Shown here piece by piece: positions 51,240 through 62,206 of a stretch of DNA of 64,000 nucleotides; the first letter of the stretch is position 1; each line of letters begins with the position of its first letter. A program made the translations under genes and the position numbers. Under the pieces are notes generated by a model that saw only the letters and a list, made by a program, of their open reading frames with translations, made no database searches and had not been told where the DNA came from. This DNA is from Alphaproteobacteria bacterium. GTDB lineage: Bacteria; Pseudomonadota; Alphaproteobacteria; SP197. The stretch lies in assembly GCA_964291265.2 (NCBI GenBank), contig OZ219747.1, positions 960,001 to 1,024,000 on the forward strand. Direction: 5' to 3'.

Positions 51240-52325
51240 ATGACGACAGCGACCAACCAATACAGCCCGGACTATGCGGTTCCTCCCGGATGGGTCCTTG
51301 AGGAGCGTCTTGAGGTCGAGGGGCTTTCGCAGGCCGAATTCGCGCGCCGATGCGGTCGTTCTCCGAAGCTGATCAGCGAGATCATCGCCGGTCAGGCACC
51401 GCTGGAGCCGGGAACCGCGCTGCAGTTTGAAAAGGTACTTGGCGTCGATGCCGGTATCTGGCTTGGCATCGAGGCCGACTACCGACTTCACCGGGCCCGG
51501 GAGGCCGAAGCCGATGAGGCCGCGGCTCTGGCAGAATGGGTCAAGGCCTTCCCCGTCGGGCACATGGTAAAGCGAGGCTGCTTCCAGCGTCCGGAATCCG
51601 ATGCCGACACCGTATCCAAGTTGCTTGCGTTCTTCCGTGTGGGTTCAGTCGATGCCTGGACTGCTCGCTACGGCCTCGCCAATGTTGCCTATCGCCACTC
51701 CCCGACCTTCAGGAGCGACGAGGCCGCACTGGCTACCTGGCTCCGACTGGGCGAGATCGAAGCCGAACTGCAGGAGTGCGCGGACTACAGCGAAAGCCGC
51801 TTCAGGCACGCGGTCCGGACTGTCCGCGGACTGACGCGTGAAGAGATCGTTGAGGCGTTGCCGCAGGCTGAAAGGCTATGCAATGAGGCAGGCGTTGCGC
51901 TGGCCCTGGTGAAGCCCTTGCCAAGAACGGCGCTCAGCGGTGCGGCCTGGTGGCTGTCTCCCAGGAAGGCCGTCATCCAGCTGACTGCCCGACACAAGAC
52001 AGATGACCATCTGTGGTTCAGCTTCTTCCATGAAGCGGCGCATCTTCTGCTTCACAGCAAGAAGGGAGTTTTTGTCGACGAATCCAACGAAAACGGAACC
52101 GAACTTGAAACGCAGGCCAATGAATGGGCATCCAACACGCTGATTCCTCCGCGCGCGTGGCAACGGTTTGCCGGGACTTCACCACGCAGCGCGCATGTCG
52201 TCAGGGCATTCGCCGAGGAACAGGGCATAGCCCCCGGCATTGTCGTCGGCATGCTCCAGCACAAGGGGCTCCTTCCCTGGACACATCTGAACGCCCTCAA
52301 AGTCCGGTTGGATTGGACGTCGTAG
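51240..52325 (+). CDS. HigA-like XRE antitoxin fused to ImmA/IrrE metallopeptidase
   Basis: PPGWVLEE and LSQAEFARR HTH; FSFFHEAAH (HEXXH) and E.QANEWA. Confidence 0.88.
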   Translation: MTTATNQYSPDYAVPPGWVLEERLEVEGLSQAEFARRCGRSPKLISEIIAGQAPLEPGTALQFEKVLGVDAGIWLGIEADYRLHRAREAEADEAAALAEWVKAFPVGHMVKRGCFQRPESDADTVSKLLAFFRVGSVDAWTARYGLANVAYRHSPTFRSDEAALATWLRLGEIEAELQECADYSESRFRHAVRTVRGLTREEIVEALPQAERLCNEAGVALALVKPLPRTALSGAAWWLSPRKAVIQLTARHKTDDHLWFSFFHEAAHLLLHSKKGVFVDESNENGTELETQANEWASNTLIPPRAWQRFAGTSPRSAHVVRAFAEEQGIAPGIVVGMLQHKGLLPWTHLNALKVRLDWTS

Positions 52326-52868
52326 CTGTATGCGTCTCGGCGCTCTGACCACCGAGCACACGGTCGTTGTCTGCGCCGCCATCACAATGCGCCGAGCGCC
52401 AGGGACTTTCGGAGGCGCCGATCGAGTGGATCAAACAAGTGCCGGGATCTGACGCTTCAGAGTGCGCGGCCTTCACAAGGTGCGTGGCGCGTGAGATTGG
52501 GTATGTCCGGCTCGTACTATCCTGACGACATCAGCCGATGCCGACGTGGAACGGGTGCGTGACCGCATGTCGACAACGGCGGCATCGTCTCTGTGTGATC
52601 CGCATGGCCCCAAGTCCATCTCGCGGCGCTCCTGGCAGGGGTGCTCGAGCTTGTTGCCGACCGCGGTGCGGGACGCATCGGCCATCTCGGACCTGATGGT
52701 GGTCGAAGCCGAGGCCCCGTTTCCATCGCTCGGCGTCCTGCTCGCCCATGTCGATCACGCGGTCGAGGTTCCCGGAGGAAACGTGTTGCGGGGCATGCCG
52801 GGGGAGTTGACCCGGAGCGCGGGGGGCTGTAGGTACGGCGTCGCCCTGGAGTGCCGGAGGCTGAAGAG

Positions 52869-53168
52869 ATGTCGCGCACATGTTCCCTGACCGGCAAGTC
52901 GGTCATGTCGGGAAACAACCGCAGCCACGCCGAGAACAAGACGAGGCGCGTGTTCCGGCCGAACCTGGTGAGGGCCAGCCTGTGGTCCGAAACGCTCGGC
53001 GAGCGGGTGCGCCTGCGCATTTGCGCCAACGCGTTGCGCACGGTCGAGAAACACGGCGGCATCGATGCCTTCCTGATGCAGGAACGCGACAGCCGGCTGG
53101 CCGGTCCGGCGCTGAAGCTCAAGCGCCGCGTCGCGAAGGCGGCAACGCGGCGGAACGCAGGCGCCTGA
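52869..53168 (+). CDS. rpmB: 50S ribosomal protein L28
   Basis: [28 protein letters not shown]. Confidence 0.97.
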   Translation: MSRTCSLTGKSVMSGNNRSHAENKTRRVFRPNLVRASLWSETLGERVRLRICANALRTVEKHGGIDAFLMQERDSRLAGPALKLKRRVAKAATRRNAGA

Positions 53169-53178
53169 CGTTCCCGTC

Positions 53179-53871
53179 ATGACGCGCCCGGCCGCCGCCA
53201 TCGTCGCGATGTCGGCGGTGGTTGTCGTGTCGAACCTGCTGGTTCACGCCCCCATCAACGACTGGCTGACCTGGGCCGCCTTCACCTACCCCTTCTCGTT
53301 TCTCGTGACGGATCTTGCCAACCGCGCCTTCGGACCGGCACGCGCCGCCCGGGTGGTGCTGTGGGGATTCACCGTCGGTGTCGCCATGTCCGCCCTGCTC
53401 TCGGACTGGACACCCCTTGCCATGCCGCAGGCGTTCTCGGAGAAGGCCCTGCTGACCGCGGTGGCGTCCGGTTCCGCCTTCCTCTCGGCACAGCTCCTCG
53501 ACATCCTCGTTTTCCGCCTTCTGCGCCGGTCGGCATGGTGGCGGGCGCCTCTCGTCTCCTCGGCGGTGGCGTCCGCCGTGGATACCCTCATCTTCTTCTG
53601 GCTGCTGTTCGGTGTCTTCTTCCCCGAATGGGGACTCGACTGGGTGAGCTACGGTGCCGGCGACTACGCCGTCAAGGCGTCGATGGCCCTGGTTCTCCTG
53701 GTGCCCTACCGCGTGCTCACGGCGCCGCCTGCGGCCGCCGCCCGAGGTGGTGCCTGTCCGGGGCGACGGGAACGGGTGGCCGGTGTTTCCTCGTCGAAGA
53801 GGGACGCGAGTTCGCCGAGCACGGTGCCGCCGAGCTGTTCGACATCGGTGAGCGTGACAGCGCGGCGATAG
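53179..53871 (+). CDS. VUT/YhhQ-family queuosine-precursor transporter
   Basis: [33 protein letters not shown] and VDTLIFF motifs. Confidence 0.85.
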   Translation: MTRPAAAIVAMSAVVVVSNLLVHAPINDWLTWAAFTYPFSFLVTDLANRAFGPARAARVVLWGFTVGVAMSALLSDWTPLAMPQAFSEKALLTAVASGSAFLSAQLLDILVFRLLRRSAWWRAPLVSSAVASAVDTLIFFWLLFGVFFPEWGLDWVSYGAGDYAVKASMALVLLVPYRVLTAPPAAAARGGACPGRRERVAGVSSSKRDASSPSTVPPSCSTSVSVTARR

Positions 53872-55583
53872 TAGCGCGTCACGTCGTGACCGATGCCGAT
53901 GGCGACGAGTTCCACCGGCGAGAGTCCCTCGATGCTGTCGATGACCTGGCGCAGGTGACGCTCCAGGTAGTTGCCCGAATTGACCGAAAGCGTGGAATCG
54001 TCCACCGGGGCGCCATCGGAGATCACCATGAGGATGCGCCGCTGTTCGGGGCGGCCGATCAGCCGTTCGTGGGCCCACAGCAGTGCCTCACCGTCGATGT
54101 TCTCCTTGAGAAGCCCCTCGCGCAGCATCAGACCCAGGCTCCGCCGGGCGCGCCGCCAGGGCATGTCCGCGGACTTGTAGACAATGTGGCGAAGGTCGTT
54201 GAGACGGCCCGGCGCAGCGGGCTTGCCGGATGCCAGCCACTTCTCGCGGCTGCGTCCGCCCTTCCAGGTGCGCGTGGTGAACCCGAGGATCTCGACCTTG
54301 ACGCCGCAGCGTTCCAGGGTCTGCGCCAGGATGTCCGCGCTCATCGCGGCGATGCCGATCGGCCGGCCGCGCATGGAGCCGGAATTGTCGATGAGGAGCG
54401 ACACCACCGTGTCGCGGAACTCGGTCTCGTGCTCGATCTTGAAGGAGAGCGGCATCAGGGGATCGACGACCACCCGGGACAGCCTCGCCGAGTCGAGGAG
54501 TCCCTCCTCGAGATCGAATTCCCAGGCCCTGTTCTGCTGGGACATGAGCTTGCGCTGGAGGCGGTTGGCGAGACGCGACGTGACACCGCGCAGATGGGCG
54601 ATCTGCTGGTCGAGCTGGGCTCGCAGGCGTGCCAGCTCTTCCGCGTCACAGAGATCCGTGGCGTCGATGACCTCGTCGAATTCCTGGGTGAAGGCGCGGT
54701 AGAGGAACCGGTTGCTGGCCACGTTCAGGGGGTCGTCGGCGCGCTGCATCTCGCCGGCGGGATCGGTGTCGTCGGTACTGGCCGATATCATCTCCTCGTC
54801 CTCCGATTCCCGGGAATCGGCTTCCATGGAATCCTCGGACATCTCTTCCTCGGCGCTGGCCTCGGATGGGGATTCGCTCTCCCCTTCGGCCTCGGCCTGT
54901 TCGGGGTCGGCCTCGTCGCTGTCGTCCTGGTCCTCGGGTGCGGCGTCCGCCTCGTCATCGGGCAGGTCGAGATGGCGAATGAGCGTGCGCAAGGCCTCGG
55001 CGAAGGCCGCCTGGTCACCGATGACCTCGTGAAGCGAATCCAGTTCGCTGCCGATCTTCTCGTCGATCCAGCCGCGCATGAGCCGGGTGGCCCGCGTCGC
55101 CGAAGGCGGCGGCGCCAGGCCGGTCAGTCTCTCGCGGACGAGCAGGCCGATGACGTCGGCCAGCGGCGCATCCTCGCGCTGCTCGATGCGGTGCAGGCCC
55201 CTGGTCCGGCAACGTTCCTCGAGCACCGTCTGGATGTTGTCGGCCACACCCTTCATGCGCATCGCTCCGATGGATTCGCAGCGCGCCTCCTCGACGACAT
55301 CGAAGATCGAGCGCCCGAGCTCGCTCGCCGGTCGGCGGCGGGCATGGGTCCGGGTGTCGTGGTGGCGCAACTTGAGCGCCAGGGCGTCGGCTTCGCCCCG
55401 CGCCATGGAGACGGCATGCCGGTCGAGTTCCCGCGGCAACTGCGTCAGCCGCGCCGTCCTGCCGCTGGCGCCGGGCTCCCTGACACCGAAACTCACCTCG
55501 AGTTCCGGTTCAAGGGCCATGGCGCGCATGGTGCCCGCCACGACTCTCCTGAAGGGTTCGGCCGGGTTGCCGTCCTGAGTCAG
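53706..55583 (-). CDS. cobT: Cobaltochelatase subunit CobT; probable CTG start
   Basis: RGEAD, acidic linker and vWA motifs DNSGSMRG and ISDGAPVDD; follows cobS. Confidence 0.93.
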   Translation of the reverse strand: MTQDGNPAEPFRRVVAGTMRAMALEPELEVSFGVREPGASGRTARLTQLPRELDRHAVSMARGEADALALKLRHHDTRTHARRRPASELGRSIFDVVEEARCESIGAMRMKGVADNIQTVLEERCRTRGLHRIEQREDAPLADVIGLLVRERLTGLAPPPSATRATRLMRGWIDEKIGSELDSLHEVIGDQAAFAEALRTLIRHLDLPDDEADAAPEDQDDSDEADPEQAEAEGESESPSEASAEEEMSEDSMEADSRESEDEEMISASTDDTDPAGEMQRADDPLNVASNRFLYRAFTQEFDEVIDATDLCDAEELARLRAQLDQQIAHLRGVTSRLANRLQRKLMSQQNRAWEFDLEEGLLDSARLSRVVVDPLMPLSFKIEHETEFRDTVVSLLIDNSGSMRGRPIGIAAMSADILAQTLERCGVKVEILGFTTRTWKGGRSREKWLASGKPAAPGRLNDLRHIVYKSADMPWRRARRSLGLMLREGLLKENIDGEALLWAHERLIGRPEQRRILMVISDGAPVDDSTLSVNSGNYLERHLRQVIDSIEGLSPVELVAIGIGHDVTRYYRRAVTLTDVEQLGGTVLGELASLFDEETPATRSRRPGQAPPRAAAAGGAVSTR

Positions 55584-55610
55584 GGGACTTCCTCCGCGGA
55601 CCGAAGAGGC

Positions 55611-56609
55611 CTACTGCGCCGCGGTTCCGGCGATGGCGGCCTCGCCGATCTCGGATCCGAAACAGCGCTGGTAGAATTCCGCAACCTGAGCGCGTTCGGT
55701 TTCGTCGCACTTGTTGAGGAAGGTCAGCCGGAAGGCGAAACCGATGTCATCGAAGATCTCCGCATTCTCGGCCCAGGTGATCACCGTCCTGGGTGACATG
55801 ACGGTCGAGATGTCGCCGGCGACGAAGGCGCCGCGCGTCAATTCGGCGACGGCCACCATCCGGCCGATGGTCTCCATGCCCCGCGTGGTGGCGTAGTGCG
55901 GAACCTTGGAGAGGACGATCTTCTCCTCTTCCTCGTGCGCGAGGTAATTCAGCGTCGAGACGATGGACCACCGGTCCATCTGTCCCTGGTTGATCTGCTG
56001 GGTGCCGTGATAGAGCCCCGTGGTGTCGCCGAGGCCGACGGTATTGGCCGTGGAAAACAGGCGGAAGGAGGGGTGGGGGACGATCACCCTGTTCTGGTCG
56101 AGCAGTGTCATCCTGCCCTGAACCTCGAGCACCCGCTGGATCACGAACATCACGTCGGGACGGCCGGCGTCATACTCGTCGAACACCAGGGCGACCGGGT
56201 TCTGGATCGCCCATGGCAGGATGCCCTCGCGGAATTCTGTGACCTGCATGCCGTCGCGCAGGATGATGGCGTCCTTGCCGATGAGATCGATCCGGGAGAT
56301 GTGACTGTCCAGGTTGACCCGGATGCACGGCCAGTTGAGGCGCGCCGCCACCTGTTCGATATGGGTGGACTTTCCGGTGCCGTGGTAGCCCTGGATCATC
56401 ACCCTGCGGTTGTGGGCAAAGCCGGCGAGAATGGCCAGCGTCGTCTGCGGATCGAAGACATAGGCATCGTCGATATCCGGAACGTGTTCGCCACGGACCG
56501 AATAGCCCGGCACTTCCATGGTGGTGTCGAGGTCGAAGACCGACGCAACCCTGACGGTCACATCGGGGACGCCCTGCGGAAGCAGGCTGGTTTCGCTGGG
56601 GTTCTTCAC
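55611..56609 (-). CDS. cobS: Cobaltochelatase subunit CobS
   Basis: [19 protein letters not shown] and NQGQMDRW motifs. Start is uncertain (56609 or 56651). Confidence 0.95.
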   Translation of the reverse strand: MKNPSETSLLPQGVPDVTVRVASVFDLDTTMEVPGYSVRGEHVPDIDDAYVFDPQTTLAILAGFAHNRRVMIQGYHGTGKSTHIEQVAARLNWPCIRVNLDSHISRIDLIGKDAIILRDGMQVTEFREGILPWAIQNPVALVFDEYDAGRPDVMFVIQRVLEVQGRMTLLDQNRVIVPHPSFRLFSTANTVGLGDTTGLYHGTQQINQGQMDRWSIVSTLNYLAHEEEEKIVLSKVPHYATTRGMETIGRMVAVAELTRGAFVAGDISTVMSPRTVITWAENAEIFDDIGFAFRLTFLNKCDETERAQVAEFYQRCFGSEIGEAAIAGTAAQ

Positions 56610-56769
56610 GGTCTCGCACGTCTTGATTGTCTGCCCGTCCGGACACCTCATCTCGGGGGCGGGTCACCGCCTCGCCGTCACCGGGCTCCGGATGGGCCAA
56701 CAATGGCATGGCCGCGGGATGGCGTGCAAGGGACCTTGACCGTCCGGGCCTGGTCAAGGGGCCGCGCCT

Positions 56770-57318
56770 TCAGTCGTGTCCGGATGCGGTGAGGTGCCGG
56801 TAGGCCCAGATGACATCGCGCAGCCGGCCGTTGGCCTTGCCGCTGCCGCCGTTGATGTCCGGATGGCAAGCCTTCACGATCTTCTTGAATCGCCTGCGGA
56901 TGGCCGCCGCGTCGGCGTCGGGTCCGATATCGAGAATGGAGCGTGCCTTGCGTTCCGTCGCCGACATCGCCCTCTGGGGCGCTGCCGCCGGACCACACGT
57001 CCCGTCCCCGGCGACGCCGAAGACGTCCCGCACGCCGTCACCGGTCCACACCCGGTGGAGGTGATGCGGCGCCGAGGCGGGCCATGTCGGCCGGTGCCAG
57101 GAGAGGTCCGCGTGCTGCCAGGCCTCGATGGCCTCCTTCGACCAGCCGTCGAAGAAGTTCCAGGTGCGATTGAACGCGCGAACGTGTTCGAGGCACAGGT
57201 ACTGGAACCTGCCGGTCCTGTCAGGCGACACCGGCGCACGGTATTCCCCGGAGCGTTCACACCCGGCATGGGAGCATGTCCTCGCGGGAGCGTCTTTCCT
57301 GTTCGACCGTCGCGACAT
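56770..57318 (-). CDS. J-domain protein (alphaproteobacterial, cobS-associated)
   Basis: C...GC...YRAP...CLEHVRAFN..WNFF, RPTW and C-terminal HPD. Confidence 0.88.
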   Translation of the reverse strand: MSRRSNRKDAPARTCSHAGCERSGEYRAPVSPDRTGRFQYLCLEHVRAFNRTWNFFDGWSKEAIEAWQHADLSWHRPTWPASAPHHLHRVWTGDGVRDVFGVAGDGTCGPAAAPQRAMSATERKARSILDIGPDADAAAIRRRFKKIVKACHPDINGGSGKANGRLRDVIWAYRHLTASGHD

Positions 57319-58172
57319 GGTCCCAGTATAGGATGATGCGGGCGCCGGCGGCCACAGGCGCGGCGGCGATGATCCATGTTTCCGGCTGCGGGACCGTCGC
57401 TTGCGCAGGAGTGCGGCGGCGGTGGCGGCACACGAATCGCCCCTGCCACCCGAGCCAGGAGCTTTCGAGGTCGGCAGGCGCCGTGCGCTGGCGCATGCTG
57501 ATGCCGGCAATGGTCAACACCCGGACTGCGAAAGGGTCAGGACCCGGGTGTTGTTCGCCACCACCCCCGAGCCGCCGGCACTGCTGTTCCGGCTCCCGGC
57601 CGGTCCACCTGTCGCGGGGAGCGCACCTGAAGGCGCCGTTCCGCCACGCCGCCGGGTCCAGCCGCCTCAGCCCCGAAGGTCGCGGCCCGCCGGACGGCGG
57701 AAGCCGAGACCTTCGGGGTCCGTCGGTCAGCGCCTCCCGGAGCGGACGCTGCTGCGGCCTCGCCAGGCGGACCTCGGACAGTGAGTGAGCCTTCGGGAGT
57801 TCCGGATGGACCGGGCAGGTTTCCATGCGCTTGCGAAGCGACATGCCGGGAGCATCGTCCATCCGGTGCGGGAAGCCCGGAGGACACTGCCGACACGTGC
57901 GGGCAACGCATGAGCGCCCGTCGCCAGGAGGAACCAGGCGGAACCCGGCGTGGGACCGTCCTGGGTCGGACGCCATTCCCCTTGCGGGCGGATGAGAGCA
58001 TCGGGCAGCCTGGCAAGGTCCGAACCGGACCCGGGGCCGGAAAGTACGGCGCGGCGGCGGACATTGTTCTGGAGTGTGGCGGTCAGATCGGCCATGCTCC
58101 GATTCGCTGAACCCGTGGTTCGATCGAACGTGCTCCGGGTTCCAGCGTCATCAGGCAAGGGAGGAGCTTCAG

Positions 58173-59306
58173 ATGAGACACGGCAGTTGTCCTGTCGACG
58201 ACATGATCGATGAGGCATCAAGGGGCAGGCTGTCACGTCGACAGTTCGGCGAACTCCTCGGCATCACGGGCGTGTCGCTCATGGCGGTGCCCGTCGTCGC
58301 CCGACCAGCCGCGGCCGAGGGCGAGGAGGCCTTCTATTTCACCTGGGGCGGCTACGACATTCCGGAACTGTTGGAAGAGTACCATGAAAAGCACGGTGCC
58401 TACCCGGACATGGCTCCCTATGCCAGCAGCAACGATGGCCTCGCCAAGGTGCGCTCCGGTTTCGTTGTCGATGTCCTGCACCCATGCAACGCGAACGCGC
58501 CGCTATGGGTGCAGGCCGGCATCGTCCGGCCGCTCGACACGTCGAAGCTGTCGCACTGGGATGACCTCATCCCCTCCCTGAAGACCATCGCTGCCGTCGG
58601 CGACGAGGCCTACTTCGCGCCGATGGACTGGGGCCAGACCTCGGTCACCTACCGGACCGACATCGTCGAAGTCCCGGAAGGCGAGGAAGAGTCGTGGGGC
58701 ATCCTCTGGGACGAGCGCTACAGGGACAAGATCGCCATCATCGGCAACGAAGGCGACAGCTGGTGGTGCGCGGCCATCTATGCCGGCATACCGTTCGAGG
58801 AGCTCGAGAGCGAAGAGAACATCCAGAAGGTCGCCGGCCTGCTGCGCGAACAGCTTCCTCTCGTCCGGATGTACACCGACGACATGACAAGCGTCGAGCA
58901 GGCGCTTGCCTCCGGTGAACTGGTTGCGGCCATGACCTGGAACAGCTCGGCTGTCGCCCTCAAGGCAGAAGGCGTGCCGGTCAGGTTTGCAGCGCCGAAG
59001 GAAGGCGCCCTGACATGGGTCTGTGGTGCCATGATCTATGCCGATGCACCCCGCGTGGACAAGGCACATGATGTGGTCAATTCCCTGCTCAGTCCGGAAT
59101 CCGGTCGTTTCCTGATCAACGACTATGGCTATGGCCATTCCAACCGGAAGTCCTTCGACCTCGTCAGCGAGGACCGGCTTGCCGAGCTGGGGCTCAGCCG
59201 CAACCCGGAAGACGTGCTGGGTGCGGGCAGGTACCAGATTCCGACGTCGGACGAGTTCTCAAGCCGAATCGCCGAGCTCTTCGCGGAGATCAAGGCAGGG
59301 TACTGA
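58173..59306 (+). CDS. PotD/PotF-like ABC solute-binding protein with Tat signal
   Basis: LSRRQF Tat motif; TWGGY, PMDWG, SWGILWD and PKEGALTW. Confidence 0.85.
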   Translation: MRHGSCPVDDMIDEASRGRLSRRQFGELLGITGVSLMAVPVVARPAAAEGEEAFYFTWGGYDIPELLEEYHEKHGAYPDMAPYASSNDGLAKVRSGFVVDVLHPCNANAPLWVQAGIVRPLDTSKLSHWDDLIPSLKTIAAVGDEAYFAPMDWGQTSVTYRTDIVEVPEGEEESWGILWDERYRDKIAIIGNEGDSWWCAAIYAGIPFEELESEENIQKVAGLLREQLPLVRMYTDDMTSVEQALASGELVAAMTWNSSAVALKAEGVPVRFAAPKEGALTWVCGAMIYADAPRVDKAHDVVNSLLSPESGRFLINDYGYGHSNRKSFDLVSEDRLAELGLSRNPEDVLGAGRYQIPTSDEFSSRIAELFAEIKAGY

Positions 59307-59401
59307 GGCCACGTGTCGGCTGCCCCCCTGAAAAGGGGCCTGATGCCCGGACTGCGTCCCCGTCCCATGGCTCGACCGCGGAAGGGTCCGGGAGGCACGG
59401 C

Positions 59402-60754
59402 ATGACGACGCAGCGGGACGTCGTTGTCATCGGCGCAGGCGCGGCAGGTCTCGCGGCGGCCAAGGAACTGGCCCGGCTCGGTGTCACCTGCACGGTCATC
59501 GAGGCATCGCACCGCATCGGTGGGCGGGCCTGCTCCGAGGAAATCATGCCGAACGTGTGGTTCGACCTGGGCTGCGCCTGGCTCGGCACCGGGGTTGGCA
59601 ACCCCTTTGCCGACATCGGCGATGATCTGGGCATTGCCCTCGGCAGGTTCGCCGCCGCCTACAAGCCGTAGAACCACCGGTTCGTGCGAGACGGCACGGC
59701 CCTCACTCCTGAACAGTGGGCCGCCTGCCGCCGTTACTTTGTCGATTGCCACAAGGCCATCGCGACCGCTGCCGGCCGCGAACGGGATGTCGCGGTCAGC
59801 GAGGTGATCGACCTCGAGAACACCTACGCGGCGCCCTTTCTGGAGAACGTCGCAACGGCATGGGGGCTGGATGCCGACGAGGTGTCCGCCGTGGACTTTG
59901 CCAGTTCCACCGGGGAACTCGGCTATCCGGCCGTGCGCGGTTACGGCAACCTGGTCGCCGCGTGGGGTGCCGATGTCGAGGTCACCCTCAACGCACGCGC
60001 GGAGCGCATCGACTGGTCGGGCCCCGGCGTTTCGGTCGAAACGCCGAAGGGAACCGTGACGGCATGCCGCGCCCTCTGCACGGTGTCGACAGGGCTTCTG
60101 GCTTCAGGCGATCTCGGATTCTCGCCGCCGCTGCCCGACTGGAAGCAGGAGGCCGTCCATGGCCTGCCCATGGGCACCGAGAACAAGATGGGGGTCGCCT
60201 TCGACACGGACGTCTTCGGTACCGGGGAGCGTGGCCACTATACGGTCTGGAATCGCGACGGCGACACGGCAAAGATCGACGCTGGCGCCATGGGGCTCGA
60301 TGTCGCCGCCGTCTTTGTCGGCGGCCGCCGCGCGGTCCGGCTCGAAAGGCAGGGTCCACAGGCCTGCCGCGACTTCGCCGTGGACAGGGTGGCCGAGGTG
60401 TTCGGCAACGACATACGCAAGCGCGTCGTGCGGTCCATCACGACCGCCTGGAGCACGGATCCCTGGACACGGGGCTCATGGGCCTGCGCATGGCCCGGAC
60501 AGGTGCACCAACGCGAACACCTGGCGCGCACCATTGACGATCGCCTCTTCTTCGCCGGCGAAGCCACCATGGTGGGAGGGCAGGGAACCTGTCACGGCGC
60601 CTGTTTCTCGGGCATCCGGGCCGCAAGGGAGATTGCCGGCCGGCCGCATCGGGACCAGCGGCTGCCCGTCCACCCCGGGCGCGGCAGGGGAGCGTCGGAT
60701 CCGGACCCGTCTCACCCTGCCCCAATCGCTGCGCCGGACGAGTGCAGTTCTTGA
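59402..60754 (+). pseudogene. Flavin monoamine oxidase family protein with an internal stop
   Basis: GAGAAG, RIGGR, DLGCAW, then in-frame TAG at 59669-59671, continuing to W..DPW.RGS and FFAGEAT. Confidence 0.8.
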
Positions 60755-60769
60755 CCGTCTGCGGCGCTC

Positions 60770-61095
60770 TCGGTCGCCGCCCTGCACGATGTCTCCAGGC
60801 CATCCGCACCGAGCGCGCACGGCGGGCGCTTCAACGGCATGCCCGAAGCCAACCGGCATGACGCCGCCCGCGCCCGGGACGCCCTCGACGCTGTCCTCAT
60901 CCCGCTCGGCGGATGAACCGTCACCCCTGATCCCTGAGCGATACGCCGGGGACGCGCTGCTGGACGGCACGCCAGGTGGGCTGCCCGAATATCCCGAAAT
61001 GCGTGCCTGGTGAGCCCCGATGCGCCAGCGACGGCCACTGAAACCGGCACGCCAGTGAACCAGGATGGCCTCAGGCATGCCCGGTCCCTGTCGCA
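60770..61095 (+). mobile_element. 3' remnant of a DUF4338-ISAs1 element
   Basis: Aligns with 38040-38085 and 38325-38600 (ATGCCCGAAGCCAACCGGCA; CGTGCCTGGTGAGCCC). Confidence 0.8.
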
Positions 61096-61933
61096 GGTGC
61101 CGAGCGCCGCGACGGGTGGCGCCGCCGGAGCGCAGCGCGTCGGCGAACCGGTCAGGCGGCGTGTTGCGAATCGACATGGCGAAGACCGGCCTGCATGCCC
61201 GCAGCATGCACGAAACGGATCACCTGCATCGGTGCGGGCCGTTAAAGTGTCCGGAGACGACGGCTGCCGCGAACACGGCATCCGGTGGCCACCGGGGAGG
61301 CGCCAAGGAACATCACCGGTTTCCCCAGCGGGCCGGATCACGACATCATCAGGAACTGAGGAAGCCGGGGTGCAGGAGTTCGATGCGTCCCTGTCGGACC
61401 CTGGAGCTGGTGCCCGGCAGACGGTCACGCAGCCGTGACCTAAGCCTGTTCGGCAAGTCCGCAAACTCGTCATGGAGGGCGCGGAGCATGACCTTCGTGT
61501 GCAGAGGGGCCCCGCCCCCTTTCCCATGAAGCACGCAACGTCATCGTCGCGGTCGCGAATGGCTCTGCCGCGCCCACCGAAGGCTTCCCTGACGACGGGA
61601 TCGACCGCCGCGTGTTCCCGGCGGCGTGGCAGCCGCCGCCCATCCGGGATGAGGGCGCATCGGCAGGGCGAACTCGACATTCCTCCCGGTCCTGCGGGCA
61701 GCGGCGAGGGGACCGCAGGCCGTTTGCTTGGCCGGGTTCGGGCGGGCCTGAGATCACCTGTCGGGTTGGTGGTTCGATCGCCCGATGGTGCGGACAACGA
61801 TCCCTCAAGGCAGGCGCTGTCAGCGGTGCGTGGCGCGAGGCGGCGCCGGAGCGAATCATGTGCGGCGGACCATGGGCGTTGCGTTGACCTGGCTGATGGT
61901 CAAGTGTTCAAGATGAGTGCAGGAGGTTGAATC

Positions 61934-62206
61934 ATGAGGGTTCGCGCGACCATCGTTGACAAGCTGACGCGGGCGCTCGAGCCGGACGAGCTCGAGGTCG
62001 TCGACGAATCACACCTGCATGCCGGCCATGCCGGGGCGCGCAAGGAAGGTGAAAGTCACTTTCGCGTGCGCATCGTTTCACCGACCTTCGCCGGCCTCGG
62101 CCGTGTCGCTCGACAGAGGCTGGTCTACCACGCCCTTGCCGAGGACATGGCGAGCGACATTCACGCGCTGGCGATCGACGCGCGCGCTCCGGGCGAAACC
62201 CGTTGA
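61934..62206 (+). CDS. bolA: BolA-family protein
   Basis: DESHLHAGH, GESHF, RVARQRLVY and IHAL motifs. Confidence 0.93.
   Translation: MRVRATIVDKLTRALEPDELEVVDESHLHAGHAGARKEGESHFRVRIVSPTFAGLGRVARQRLVYHALAEDMASDIHALAIDARAPGETR

Noticed and set aside
699-59671. In-frame TAG codons (699-701, 59669-59671) as amber recoding or pyrrolysine
   Set aside because: TAG ends intact genes here (2367, 4789, 10769), the dddP-like gene also has a frameshift, and no pyl genes are present. Ordinary nonsense mutation is the simpler reading.
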